40,990 nucleotides of DNA from Candidatus Calescibacterium sp. (GCA_032249135.1 JAVVGL010000018.1:1-40990), one strand, 5' to 3'. Shown: positions 18,040 to 28,264, counted from the first letter of the stretch. Notes: generated by a model not told the origin, from the sequence alone. Numbers and translations: made by a program.

Positions 18040-18996
18040 TCAAAACTTTGCTAACCCAATTTTTTGCAAAATTTTTCCAATTTTTGTTCCGTATATGATA
18101 AGTCCTATAAATCCTAGTGTTTTTTTAGGTAAGAATACATTTCTCATAAAATATCTATCTGCTTCAATATCTCTTGAGATATCGGGTGGATGTTTTTTGA
18201 TTTCCATATCTTTAGCCATTAACTCAACTTTGAAAGTTTTTTTCAAGATATGAGTGGAAAGTTCGCCAAAACCTATATTTTCAACCATATTGACTCTTGG
18301 TAAAATCGCAAGAGCTTTGTAGAACCATATAGTAAAACACCACTGATAATCCCATGTGTCTATTTCTTTGTTTTTCATTTTCAGAAATATTTTTTTCCAG
18401 TAGATGTAATCTAAACCTTTCCAATAATTCTTTATGAAAACATCATCGTTGAAATTTTTCATTTCAAAATCGTAGTATTTCCATCTTGTAGCCCATGTTG
18501 CCCACCCCCATATAAAAGGCAGAGCAGAAAAAAAGTAATCTCCATCATTTTTCGGTTGATACATAAAATTACATGCTGATATATGCCAAATTTTTTTTTC
18601 ATCTTTATATTTTTCAAGCAAGATTTTGCAGAATGAAAAGAAACTCAAAGATGGTACAGTATCATCTTCTAAGATTATTCCTTTTTCTTCGTTTTCAAAA
18701 AACCAGTTTATTGCTTCGCTTACGGCTTTTCCACATCCTAAATTTTTATCTCTAAAAAGAGTTTTAACTTCACATTCCCAATCAATATTATCTAAAACAT
18801 ATTTTCTTGTAGCTTGAACTTTCTCTGCTTCGCCCGGGACCCAGTCCCGTGGTCCGTCAGCGGCGATATACAATTTTTTTGGTTTTACTTTTTTTATTTT
18901 TTCAAAAACTTTTGCAGTAGTATGTGGTCTTCTGAAAATCAAAAAAAGTATGGGAACATCAAATTGAGAATTTGAATTTCTTTCCACCAAACTCAT
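18040..18996 (-). CDS. GT-A fold nucleotide-diphospho-sugar transferase
   Basis: PILFLIFRRP, LYIAADGPR, NLGCG, GIILEDD, WGWATW, DTWDYQW, NIGFG. Confidence 0.8.
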   Translation of the reverse strand: MSLVERNSNSQFDVPILFLIFRRPHTTAKVFEKIKKVKPKKLYIAADGPRDWVPGEAEKVQATRKYVLDNIDWECEVKTLFRDKNLGCGKAVSEAINWFFENEEKGIILEDDTVPSLSFFSFCKILLEKYKDEKKIWHISACNFMYQPKNDGDYFFSALPFIWGWATWATRWKYYDFEMKNFNDDVFIKNYWKGLDYIYWKKIFLKMKNKEIDTWDYQWCFTIWFYKALAILPRVNMVENIGFGELSTHILKKTFKVELMAKDMEIKKHPPDISRDIEADRYFMRNVFLPKKTLGFIGLIIYGTKIGKILQKIGLAKF

Positions 18997-19044
18997 ATTA
19001 TATATGAATTTCTTCTTTTATAAATTTTTACAGATCATTTATAT

Positions 19045-19977
19045 TTAAACTTCACATGGTATAGCAAAAGAGGGGAAAACCCCTTGGGGATATTCCTTTT
19101 TTATTTTGAATCCAATCCAATATTTTGGTGCAAAGACAACATCTCTTTTTTTCATAAAATAACAAGCCCACCAAGAAAAAGAACTACAACTTATTATTGC
19201 GGCATCACACATAGTAATAATAATAAAATCTACTTGATATGGATTTTCAGATATAACCATCTTATCTCCAAGATAAGAAAATTCATTTTTGATTTTATCT
19301 GGTTCATCTGAAAGAAAAATGAAAAAAGGATTCTCTCGGTTCTCCAAAAACCACCTAATTTTCTTGTGAAAATAGTCAAATGGTAAAATTGGATTTTCAC
19401 CACATATATAGTAATTCCTGAAATCCCCAAGCCTTATATGAACTGCAACCTTGTAGTAGTCTTGATAATTTGAAATGAACTTTTCTGCCTCTTTTACATA
19501 ATTTTCTTTAAATTCAAGATTTTTCAGGACATCTTTTCTAAACAACTTTTCTGATTGAAAAAAACACCGACCAACATATTTTACTGATGAGATAAAGCCT
19601 TCTGAAAAAACAACCTCTGGAATTTCTGTATATTTATCCTCGCATATTTTCTCCGTTTTTAAAGAAACAGAGCTTATTATTTTGCTTTTTGCTAAAATCT
19701 CAAGGATTTTCCTCACAAGTCCATATCGTATCATCTCCAAAAGAATCCTATATTTTAATATTCTTTTTAGCTTTGGAGGGAAATTCTTTGGTAAGAGTCC
19801 CAAGATTTTATCTTCAATACTAAAAATAAAAAACCTTTTGTCTTTTACATCAAAGAGTGAATTAATATCTTTAAAACCCCAGACCATTATTTTTTCGTTT
19901 TTCTCAGCATATGAGGCAAGGAAAGCAAATTGAAACAGCTGATTGCCTAATCCTCCTTCACTTAAAAAAATTATCAT
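19045..19977 (-). CDS. GT11 alpha-1,2-fucosyltransferase-family protein
   Basis: GGLGNQLFQ, FFQSEK, VAVHIRLGD, FLSD and SSFSWWA signature motifs. Confidence 0.88.
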   Translation of the reverse strand: MIIFLSEGGLGNQLFQFAFLASYAEKNEKIMVWGFKDINSLFDVKDKRFFIFSIEDKILGLLPKNFPPKLKRILKYRILLEMIRYGLVRKILEILAKSKIISSVSLKTEKICEDKYTEIPEVVFSEGFISSVKYVGRCFFQSEKLFRKDVLKNLEFKENYVKEAEKFISNYQDYYKVAVHIRLGDFRNYYICGENPILPFDYFHKKIRWFLENRENPFFIFLSDEPDKIKNEFSYLGDKMVISENPYQVDFIIITMCDAAIISCSSFSWWACYFMKKRDVVFAPKYWIGFKIKKEYPQGVFPSFAIPCEV

Positions 19978-19992
19978 TTCTTAACCTGAATT

Positions 19993-20790
19993 TTATCTCA
20001 TAATCACATTCAAGATTTTATTTGAAATCGCAACATAATTTGAATACTGAAAATTTTCCATATAAGGCTTCCACCTCCTTAACTCTAAACCCTTTCTTAA
20101 AATCTTAGCTATGGAAAAGCCTTTTTCTTCAAGCAAAATAAAAAAATCAAGAAGGAAAGTTCTTGAATCAATATTAGCTCCACCATATTCAAACTGGATA
20201 AAATCTACAAAATCATTATTTAAAAATTCCCCAAGACTTAATAATACCTTGATGTCATGCCCTTCTGTATCTATCTTTATAAGATGGATCTTCTCTATGG
20301 ATTTTTTCCTAATATAATTATCTAATCTCTGAAGGTAGATAATCTCCTGTTCGTGAAAGTTTATTCCAGCGGTTTTTCTTCTGTACAGGGAAGCAAGAGA
20401 TGAAGAATTATAGTCCTTATATATGATCTGCTCTCCCTCTTTATCGGAAATACCGAAAGCATTAACAAATACGCTAGTAAATTTTTGAAATCTCTCTTGA
20501 AGCATTTCAAAACATGATTTTTGAGGCTCAAAAAGATGAATCTCGAAATCAAGCCCTTTTGATTTAAGCACATTCAAGAGATTCCATGACCAATCGCCTA
20601 TATGAGCACCCACATCAAAAATAATTATATTTTTTAGCTTTTGATTAACCCAGAAACCTACCAAAAATTCCTGAAGTTTAAACTCTCCATTAGTCCTCGG
20701 ATCAGCATTGTTATTGTTCTCCACAAGATTAAAGAGCTGAAAGAGGATAAACTTTACTTTTCTCTTTATTTTGCTTTCATGAACAAACAT
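19993..20790 (-). CDS. FkbM-family methyltransferase
   Basis: FDVGAHIG, FEP, IKIDTEGHD, IQFEY. SD GGAGG upstream. Confidence 0.88.
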   Translation of the reverse strand: MFVHESKIKRKVKFILFQLFNLVENNNNADPRTNGEFKLQEFLVGFWVNQKLKNIIIFDVGAHIGDWSWNLLNVLKSKGLDFEIHLFEPQKSCFEMLQERFQKFTSVFVNAFGISDKEGEQIIYKDYNSSSLASLYRRKTAGINFHEQEIIYLQRLDNYIRKKSIEKIHLIKIDTEGHDIKVLLSLGEFLNNDFVDFIQFEYGGANIDSRTFLLDFFILLEEKGFSIAKILRKGLELRRWKPYMENFQYSNYVAISNKILNVIMR

Positions 20791-20895
20791 GAATATTTTA
20801 CCTCCCTGGAAAATTTGCCCCTCATATTTATTTGTTCCTCATATTTAAACCAAATTAGTGATAAATGAGATTTTACTAAAAATAAAAAGTTACTT

Positions 20896-20919
20896 TTTTT
20901 AACAGTCTATTGTTAAAAA
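20896..20919. promoter_or_regulatory. Inverted repeat TTTTTAACA-N6-TGTTAAAAA in the divergent fkbM/ribBA intergenic region (candidate operator)
   Basis: Perfect 9-bp arms seen directly. The AT-rich background weakens its significance. Confidence 0.3.
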
Positions 20920-21158
20920 TTTTTGAAAATTGGGAAATAATTTCTATAATTATCAATAGAAATGCTGATAACTATTTATTTTCCTTTCTTCGCTCTCTAA
21001 AAGGGTGGCCAAAAATAAATAAAAGAGGAAAGGAAGGAAAGGGGATAATAAAAGCTGTTAGACCGAACGAAAACTGAAAAAATATTCTTCACTCCTTCAC
21101 TTCCATAAAATAAATAGTTAATTGAAAAAAGAAAGAAAAGAAAGGAATAAGTATAAAA

Positions 21159-22412
21159 ATGCACAGAGAAAATAACAACAGCAAGGAAATAGATACTTCT
21201 GTATTCGCTTCCATCGAAGAAGCAATAGAGCTTATAAAAAAAGGTGAAATAATAATTTTAGTTGATGATGAGAGTAGAGAAAACGAGGGAGACATGGTCG
21301 TTGCTGCTCAATTTATAACTCCGGAAAAAGTAAATTTCATGACAAAATGGGCAAGGGGACTCTTGTGTGTTGCGATATCAAAGGAAATCTCAGAAAGACT
21401 CAACCTCTTTCCAATGGTCGTAAATAATAACTCTCTTCACGGAACAGCTTTTACCGTATCCGTTGACGCAAAGGAAGGAGTATCAACCGGTATCTCCGCA
21501 TACGATAGAGCTTTAACAATAAAAAAGATAGCAGATCCGGACTCAAAACCAGATGACTTTGTAAGACCCGGACATATTTTCCCAATCGTGGCAAGAGAAG
21601 GTGGAGTTCTTGTCAGAGCTGGACATACAGAAGGTTCAACCGATCTTTGTAAATTAGCTGGCCTCATTCCAGCTGCTGCGATATGCGAAATAATGAATGA
21701 AGATGGAACCATGGCTCGCTTACCAGATCTCATAAATCTCGCAAAAAGGTTTGGAATGAAAATAGTAAAAATAGAGGACATAATAAGATATAGACTCAAA
21801 AGAGAATCTCTTGTAAGAAAAGTCGTTGAAGCAAGACTCCCCACAGAATTTGGAGAATTCAAAATACAAGTGTGGGAAAACATTTTAGATGGTTCACAAA
21901 ATGCAGCACTTGTAAAAGGAGAAATAAATCCAGATGAACCTACGTTGGTTCGTGTTCATTCAGAGTGCCTTACAGGAGACGTATTCGGGTCATTAAGATG
22001 TGATTGTGGTCCCCAACTCAAAAAAGCACTAGAAATGATTTCAAAAGAAGGAAAAGGCGTATTAGTATATATAAGAAGAGAAAGTATGGAAAAAACTCAT
22101 GAGGGAAGAGGTATAGGGCTTATTAAAAAGCTTGAAGCTTACAACCTCCAAGATCAAGGGTTTGATACGGTAGAAGCTAATTTGAAATTGGGATTTCCCC
22201 CAGATCTAAGAGACTATGGTATAGGAGCTCAAATACTCAAAGGAATAGGTGTTGGAAAAATTCGTCTGATGACAAATAATCCCCGCAAAATTGTCGGTCT
22301 CAAAGGATATGGTCTTGAAATAGTAGAGATTGTTCCAATAAAAATTCAGACTAACCCAGAAAACGAAAAGTATATAAAAGCAAAAAGAGAAAAACTTGGA
22401 CATCTCCTTTAA
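21159..22412 (+). CDS. ribBA: Bifunctional DHBP synthase / GTP cyclohydrolase II
   Basis: [65 protein letters not shown]. Confidence 0.96.
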   Translation: MHRENNNSKEIDTSVFASIEEAIELIKKGEIIILVDDESRENEGDMVVAAQFITPEKVNFMTKWARGLLCVAISKEISERLNLFPMVVNNNSLHGTAFTVSVDAKEGVSTGISAYDRALTIKKIADPDSKPDDFVRPGHIFPIVAREGGVLVRAGHTEGSTDLCKLAGLIPAAAICEIMNEDGTMARLPDLINLAKRFGMKIVKIEDIIRYRLKRESLVRKVVEARLPTEFGEFKIQVWENILDGSQNAALVKGEINPDEPTLVRVHSECLTGDVFGSLRCDCGPQLKKALEMISKEGKGVLVYIRRESMEKTHEGRGIGLIKKLEAYNLQDQGFDTVEANLKLGFPPDLRDYGIGAQILKGIGVGKIRLMTNNPRKIVGLKGYGLEIVEIVPIKIQTNPENEKYIKAKREKLGHLL

Positions 22413-22478
22413 AAAAAGTTTCTATAAAAAAGTTACTAACTTTACACCTTTTATCTACTTTATGATTAATTTTTCAAT

Positions 22479-23060
22479 ATGGCAAAAAAGTCTGATAAAA
22501 AAGATAAGAATAGAAAAAAAGAAAATGATAGAGTACAAGATGAAGATAATTTGAAAAGTGAGGGAGAATTCCAAGAATATATAATCAATTCTCTTGAGGA
22601 TTATTTTTTCGCAACTCGTGACCTTTTTATTGAGTTCAGAAACTTTACATTAACGACGAACAAAACTTTGACCGTAACTTTAAATTCTCTTCGTGAGTTA
22701 ATCCCTATGATTATGAGCGGTAAGATTGATTATGGTAAGGTATCTAAAATTTTGCGCGAAGTAAATGAGGTTTTGCAAAAATACCTCGCAGAACAGGAAA
22801 GACTTATAGCTAAAACAACATCTCTCAACAAAGAATTAAAAGATAAAAATAAAGTTCAAAAAATGATGGATGAATATTTTAGCAGATTCTACTTTTCTGT
22901 TTCCCCATACGAATATGAAAAAACAGAAAAAGAAGAAAAAGATATAAAGATTTTACCATCTGCTATCTTCAGAGAACTTGATAAAGAAAAAATCAAAGAA
23001 ATAATGGAAAAATTCGGCGTAGATATAGAAATAGAAAACAAAAAGGATAAAAATAAATAA
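22479..23060 (+). CDS. Hypothetical protein (helical/coiled-coil, charged termini)
   Basis: A 193-aa ORF that fills the gap between co-oriented genes. No motif recognised. Confidence 0.7.
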   Translation: MAKKSDKKDKNRKKENDRVQDEDNLKSEGEFQEYIINSLEDYFFATRDLFIEFRNFTLTTNKTLTVTLNSLRELIPMIMSGKIDYGKVSKILREVNEVLQKYLAEQERLIAKTTSLNKELKDKNKVQKMMDEYFSRFYFSVSPYEYEKTEKEEKDIKILPSAIFRELDKEKIKEIMEKFGVDIEIENKKDKNK

Positions 23061-23099
23061 AAATAAAATAAAGAAGAGAGTGGAATCAAGAACGAAAAC

Positions 23100-24500
23100 A
23101 TGACAGACAAAAAAAACAAGAAAATAAAAAACATTTTAGATTCTGTAAGATGGAATGAAGTAAAGAATGAGGCAATAGAACTCCTTTCAAACCTTATAAA
23201 AATAGACACAACAAATCCTCCCGGCAACGAAAAACCAGCAGCAGAACTCCTTGAAAAATATCTCCAAGAGTTTGGTATAAAAACAAAAATAGTTGAGTCA
23301 GAAAAAGATAGAGCAAGTATAATTGCAGAACTTGAAGGAGAAAAAAACAGCAAACCTCTTATACTTTTAAGTCACCTTGATGTTGTCCCGGCAAATCCAA
23401 AAGAATGGTCTTTTCCACCTTTTTCAGGAGAAATAAAAAACGGATATATATGGGGTAGAGGTGCAATTGATTGTAAAGGACTTGCCGTAGTTGAAGCCGT
23501 AGCTCTCTCCCTTATAAAAAGAATGGGAATTAGAATCCAAAAAGGAGTGAAATTCATATCTGTTGCAGATGAAGAAATGGGAGGAGAAAAAGGAGCAAAA
23601 TTTGTTGTTGAAAATTTTGATGAAGATATTAATGGATTTTGTGTGATAAACGAAGGTGGAGCGGGCTTCATAATCAAAAACAGAAAAATATATATGCCAT
23701 GCTTTGGAGAAAAAGGTCCAATTTGGTTGAAAATCAAAGCAAAAGGAAAACCAGGGCACGCTTCAATGCCTCACAAAGATAATCCAAACCTCATTTTAGT
23801 TCAAGCTCTTTACAAAATATTGAACACAGATTTTGGGAAAAAACTTACAGACAACTTCATAAAATCAATTGAATTTTACCTTGTCGGAAATAATTTGAGG
23901 AAATTCCTGAAACCGGCTTTCAACCTCATACAAAGCTCTGAAAAGATAAAAGAGCTTTTAGGAAAATTAGTCTTCATAGCAACATCACCTACACAACCAA
24001 AAATATCAGCAATGTTCTCTAACACTTTAAGCGTAACAATTATGAAATCAGGATATAAGGAAAATGTAATACCAGAAGAAGCCGAAGCAATAATAGATAT
24101 GAGACTTCTACCCGGATATCAATATGATGAAATAATAGATAAAATGAGAAAAGTTGTAGATGACCCAAGAGTAAGTTTTGAAATCTTGGCTGTCTATGAC
24201 CCCTCACAATCTGATCCTACATCTGAAATTATGATGAAAATCAAAGAAGCTGCATATTATGTTCTTGAAGCTCCCTTCTTACCAATACTTGCAACAGGAT
24301 TTACAGATTCAAGATTTTTCAGAAAAAAAGGAATACCATCATACGGGTTTTTACCCTTCTTTTTCACCGAAGAAGAAATATCAACTATGCACGGAATAGA
24401 TGAAAGAATTTCTATTGAGAACATAGAACTCGGGCTAAAAATTATGTTGTCTATAATTTTGAATCTGTGTGCAGACGAATCCGCAGTTTTCGGAGCATAA
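23100..24500 (+). CDS. M20/M25/M40 metallopeptidase / deacylase
   Basis: TTNPPGNE, SHLDVV, GRGAIDCKG, DEE, NEG, GHAS, GFTD, HGIDE. Confidence 0.9.
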   Translation: MTDKKNKKIKNILDSVRWNEVKNEAIELLSNLIKIDTTNPPGNEKPAAELLEKYLQEFGIKTKIVESEKDRASIIAELEGEKNSKPLILLSHLDVVPANPKEWSFPPFSGEIKNGYIWGRGAIDCKGLAVVEAVALSLIKRMGIRIQKGVKFISVADEEMGGEKGAKFVVENFDEDINGFCVINEGGAGFIIKNRKIYMPCFGEKGPIWLKIKAKGKPGHASMPHKDNPNLILVQALYKILNTDFGKKLTDNFIKSIEFYLVGNNLRKFLKPAFNLIQSSEKIKELLGKLVFIATSPTQPKISAMFSNTLSVTIMKSGYKENVIPEEAEAIIDMRLLPGYQYDEIIDKMRKVVDDPRVSFEILAVYDPSQSDPTSEIMMKIKEAAYYVLEAPFLPILATGFTDSRFFRKKGIPSYGFLPFFFTEEEISTMHGIDERISIENIELGLKIMLSIILNLCADESAVFGA

Positions 24501-24530
24501 ATATGTATATATATAACAATAAAAACAAAC

Positions 24531-25175
24531 ATGAAAAAGTTAATTTTCAAAATCAAGAAAATTTTATTTGATAATACAACCCCCCATTCCTTATCTTCGC
24601 TTTTAAGAAAAAAAAGGAAAGAATTTTTCTATAATGTTATGGGATTAGATACCAAGTCCACAAATGCAAATTCTCAACTAAAAGTAGTTGATTTAGGTTG
24701 CGGACCTGGTATGGTTTTGGACGAAATACAAAATGTTATCGGAGTTAATTTGATACCTCAGAAAACATCATATAAATATTTTGTCCTTGCAGATGCAAAA
24801 TTTTTACCTTTCAAATCAAAAAGCATAGACATTCTTTTCTCAAACTCCGTTATTGAACATATACCACCACAAGACAGAAAAAAAGTAGCAGATGAAATAA
24901 TGAGAGTTTCCAAAAAATTCTTTATACAGACACCTTACAGATATTTCCCGTTAGAACCACATTATCTTATTCCGTTTATTTCATTTTTCCCGCGGAAACT
25001 TCAAAAGAAAATCCTAAAAGTTATCCCACAAAGAATTTATTTCGGCTGGTATCCAAAAGAAGAAGAAATTTACCTCCTTGATATAAAAGAAGCAAAAAAA
25101 CTATTCCCAAACGCTAAAATAAAGATAGAATTTTTCTTATTTTTACCAAAGAGCATATATATTATCAAAAACTAA
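24531..25175 (+). CDS. Class I SAM-dependent methyltransferase
   Basis: VVDLGCGPG, LPFKSKSIDILFSNSVIEH, QTPYRYFPLEPH. Confidence 0.82.
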   Translation: MKKLIFKIKKILFDNTTPHSLSSLLRKKRKEFFYNVMGLDTKSTNANSQLKVVDLGCGPGMVLDEIQNVIGVNLIPQKTSYKYFVLADAKFLPFKSKSIDILFSNSVIEHIPPQDRKKVADEIMRVSKKFFIQTPYRYFPLEPHYLIPFISFFPRKLQKKILKVIPQRIYFGWYPKEEEIYLLDIKEAKKLFPNAKIKIEFFLFLPKSIYIIKN

Positions 25176-25202
25176 TTAGAACACAAAAAAAATTTTTAGG
25201 AT

Positions 25203-26102
25203 ATGAGAGAAATTTTTTCAGAAGTTCTTGGGAAAAAAGTGGCATTACCTCAAAAGTGTGAAAGAATTGTAAGTTTCTCTCCATCAATAACAGAAGCTCT
25301 TTTTATGATGGGGCTTGGGGAAAAAATCAAAGGTGTTTCTGTCTACTGTGTAAGACCTCCGGATGCAAGAAAAAAAATAATAATAGGTTCATATTCAACG
25401 TATAAAAGAGAAAAACTCCTTGAAATAAATCCAGATATAATTTTCACAACAACAGGTTATCAGCTTGAATTCGCAAAAAAACTTTCAGATGAATTTCCCG
25501 TCTGGCCAATAAGATTACCATCAAATTTAGCAGATGTTATTTCAACTTGTTGTGAAGCAGGTCTTGTAGCAGGATATCCCGATGAAGCAAGGCAACTTGA
25601 AAGAAAATTAATTGACTATCTCTTTATTTTAAAATCACAAGCAGAAAAAATAAATTCAATTCCAACATCCCAAAAAAATGAAGATAATAATCACAGTAAT
25701 AGTAACAACAACAAAATAAAAGTTTATGTTGAGATAGATCTTGGAGGTCCGACTACATTTGGAGCTTATAGCTACATAACCGATGCATTAGATTTTTTAG
25801 GTTTTGAAAATATTTTCTCAGACGAACCAAAAGAATGGTTGAGACCAGATGACAAAGTAGTATCACAAAAAAACCCAGATGTAATAATTTATGAACCAAA
25901 AATGTTTTCAAAAAGAAGGGAAAAAGAAGAAATCATAAAAAAACTATTTGAAAGGTTCGGAGAAATAAAAGCAATAAAAAATAAAAATGTTTTTATAACT
26001 CCTGGCATATATGATTTCCTTGCCCACCATGGTCCATCATTTATAACAGAAACTTTACAGTGGATTTTGGAAATAAAAAAGAAACTAAACTTAAAGAAAT
26101 AA
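25203..26102 (+). CDS. BtuF/TroA-like helical-backbone binding protein, no evident signal peptide
   Basis: ERIVSFSPSITEALF..G, GVSVYC, NPDII, NPDVII, AIKNKNV, HHGPS. Confidence 0.78.
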   Translation: MREIFSEVLGKKVALPQKCERIVSFSPSITEALFMMGLGEKIKGVSVYCVRPPDARKKIIIGSYSTYKREKLLEINPDIIFTTTGYQLEFAKKLSDEFPVWPIRLPSNLADVISTCCEAGLVAGYPDEARQLERKLIDYLFILKSQAEKINSIPTSQKNEDNNHSNSNNNKIKVYVEIDLGGPTTFGAYSYITDALDFLGFENIFSDEPKEWLRPDDKVVSQKNPDVIIYEPKMFSKRREKEEIIKKLFERFGEIKAIKNKNVFITPGIYDFLAHHGPSFITETLQWILEIKKKLNLKK

Positions 26103-26130
26103 AAAATGGCTGAACATAAAAATTTTCTCT

Positions 26131-27264
26131 ATGATTAAAAAGAAAATAATCATGGTTTCAGATAGCTTCCCACCCGTTCCAAGTGGAGTGTCAAAATACT
26201 CTTTTTTCCTCACAAAAAAACTTCTTGAAAGAGGATATGATGTATCAGTAATAACTGGCGGAGTAAAAAATAAACCCCAAGAAGAAATTGAAATAGAAAA
26301 ACTCGGTGGAAAAGTCATAAGAGTGGGAAAACTAATATCAGTAATTGCAAATGGGACACGATGCTTTATTACTCTACCCTCACCTTATGACCTCTACAAA
26401 CTCAAAAAAATTTTCTCATCTTATCACGATGCTGTCATAATGCAAGGACCTTTGGGGCTAACCTTACCATATCCTGCAACTTTATTTTCAAAGGCAAAGA
26501 AAATTGGCATCTTTCACTCAGCCACAGACAAACCAAATCTTGGTTTCATTTTATTCAAAAGAATAATGAGACCTTTTCTTGATGCCCTTGATGAGAAAAT
26601 AGCAGTTTCAAGATCAGCAAAAAATGAAATAGAAAAATATTTCGGTCCACAGGACATAGACATAATACCTCCAGGAATTGATACAAAAATTTATTCTCCA
26701 TCAGCAGGAAAAAGATACAACGATAAACTAATTTTCCTTTTTGTGGGGAGACTTGACGAAAGGAAAGGAGCTGATATTCTTATAAGAGCTTGGCAACGAA
26801 TAAAAAAAGAAGGTATAAAGAAAGGTAATAAAGTTCCATCACAACTTTTCATAGTAGGAGATGGTCCAATGAGACAAAATTTAGAAAATGAAGTCAAAAA
26901 TAAAAAAATAGAAGGAGTAAAGTTTTTCGGATTCGTTGAAGAGAAAAAACTACCTGAAATTTACGCATCAGCAGATATATGTGTGTTCCCATCAAAAGGA
27001 GGAGAAAGTTTCGGAATAGTGCTGATAGAAGCTATGGCATCAGGATGCTGTGTTATTGCATCAAAAATAAGAGGCTACCAAGATGTAATATCAGATGGTA
27101 AAACCGGTATCCTTTTCTCAAACGAAAAAGAACTTATATCTTTTTCCGAAAAATTAAGCCAAGATGAAAACATGAGAGGGGAACTCTCCAAAAACGCAAT
27201 GGAAGAGTCAAAAAAATACGATTGGGATAAAATAGTAGATCTTATTGAACAGAAAATTAATTGA
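26131..27264 (+). CDS. GT4 glycosyltransferase (PimA-like)
   Basis: SDSFPPVPSGV, FHS, IPPGID, VGRLDERKG, PSKGGESFGIVLIEAMASG. Confidence 0.88.
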   Translation: MIKKKIIMVSDSFPPVPSGVSKYSFFLTKKLLERGYDVSVITGGVKNKPQEEIEIEKLGGKVIRVGKLISVIANGTRCFITLPSPYDLYKLKKIFSSYHDAVIMQGPLGLTLPYPATLFSKAKKIGIFHSATDKPNLGFILFKRIMRPFLDALDEKIAVSRSAKNEIEKYFGPQDIDIIPPGIDTKIYSPSAGKRYNDKLIFLFVGRLDERKGADILIRAWQRIKKEGIKKGNKVPSQLFIVGDGPMRQNLENEVKNKKIEGVKFFGFVEEKKLPEIYASADICVFPSKGGESFGIVLIEAMASGCCVIASKIRGYQDVISDGKTGILFSNEKELISFSEKLSQDENMRGELSKNAMEESKKYDWDKIVDLIEQKIN

Positions 27265-27276
27265 ACAGAAAATTAA
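27245..27276. repeat. Exact 16-bp tandem duplication TTGAACAGAAAATTAA x2 at the 3' end of the GT4 gene
   Basis: Copies at 27245-27260 and 27261-27276. The TGA stop (27262-27264) lies in the second copy. Confidence 0.9.
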
Positions 27277-27305
27277 AAATTGAAGGTTAAGAAACTGAAA
27301 ATAAA

Positions 27306-27707
27306 TTACCTATCAAGGACGTGTTTTTCAAGCTCCACGCATAAAAACTCACCTTCAAAAACTTTTTCTGTTTCTTTCTCGTTTTCTTTTTTAAAAACTT
27401 CAACAAAAACAGTTTTTTTGTTACCGTCTGATGATATAACTTTTGCAATTGAAACGAGCTTATCTCCAAGTTTCACAGGTTTTATAAATTTCACATTAGC
27501 TTTTGCAAGCACAACATAAGGATGATTTGACGCAACCATAGCGGAGTAGTCAGCAAGCGAAAAAGTAAATCCCCCATGAATTAATCCCTTTTCATCTGCG
27601 ACCATCTCCTCCGTAGTTTCAAGCTCAACCCGAGAATATCCATCTTTTATTTCTATGACTTTTCCACATAGTTTTTCGTTTATAAGTTTATGTGTTCTTT
27701 TCTCCAT
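27306..27707 (-). CDS. PaaI-family hotdog-fold thioesterase
   Basis: GLIHGGFTFSLADY, FIKPVKLGD. Confidence 0.85.
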   Translation of the reverse strand: MEKRTHKLINEKLCGKVIEIKDGYSRVELETTEEMVADEKGLIHGGFTFSLADYSAMVASNHPYVVLAKANVKFIKPVKLGDKLVSIAKVISSDGNKKTVFVEVFKKENEKETEKVFEGEFLCVELEKHVLDR

Positions 27708-27856
27708 ATATCACAAAAAATTTTCAGATATAAATCTAAAATCTCAATTCTCAACAAAATATAGGGTAGATTAAGATTTCTTGAAAAAATCATAACGATT
27801 TTGAAAAAGAATAAAGATAAAAGTTAATTTTTTTAAACAAAAAGGAGGTGAAAAAC

Positions 27857-28255
27857 ATGAATACAATTACATCAAGGATATTAGTAGGAGTTGTAGTAGC
27901 GGCATCTTTGATTTTAGGTGGGTGCGCAAGAAAGCCGGAAAAGGAACTTCAAGACGCAAGGAATGCAATCAAAGAATTAGAGGAAGCAGGAGCTCCTCAA
28001 TATATCCCTGATGACTGGAATAGAATTAATGCAAGTCTCAGGGAAGCCGAGACAAAAATAGAGGAGAAAAAATATAAAGAAGCAAGGGAGCTCCTTTTGA
28101 AAATAGTAGAGGAGGCAAACTCACTCAAATCAAAAGCAGAGGAAGCGAAACGAAAAGCAGAGGAAGAAGCAAAAAGACAACAGGAACTACAACAGCAGCA
28201 ACAACAAGCCCAAGAAGCCGCTACTCCAACGGCTCCTGAACAGCCACAACAATAA
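27857..28255 (+). CDS. Lipoprotein, DUF4398-like helical domain with a Q/P/A-rich tail
   Basis: SD AAGGAGG upstream of ATG 27857. Lipobox LGG-C; PEKELQDARNAI..AGAPQY.P pattern. Confidence 0.75.
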   Translation: MNTITSRILVGVVVAASLILGGCARKPEKELQDARNAIKELEEAGAPQYIPDDWNRINASLREAETKIEEKKYKEARELLLKIVEEANSLKSKAEEAKRKAEEEAKRQQELQQQQQQAQEAATPTAPEQPQQ

Positions 28256-28264
28256 ACTTTATAA

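Noticed and set aside
20950..21158. FMN riboswitch upstream of ribBA
   Set aside because: The conserved RFN blocks (AGGGC.GGGTG.AA.TCCC.ACCG) are absent.
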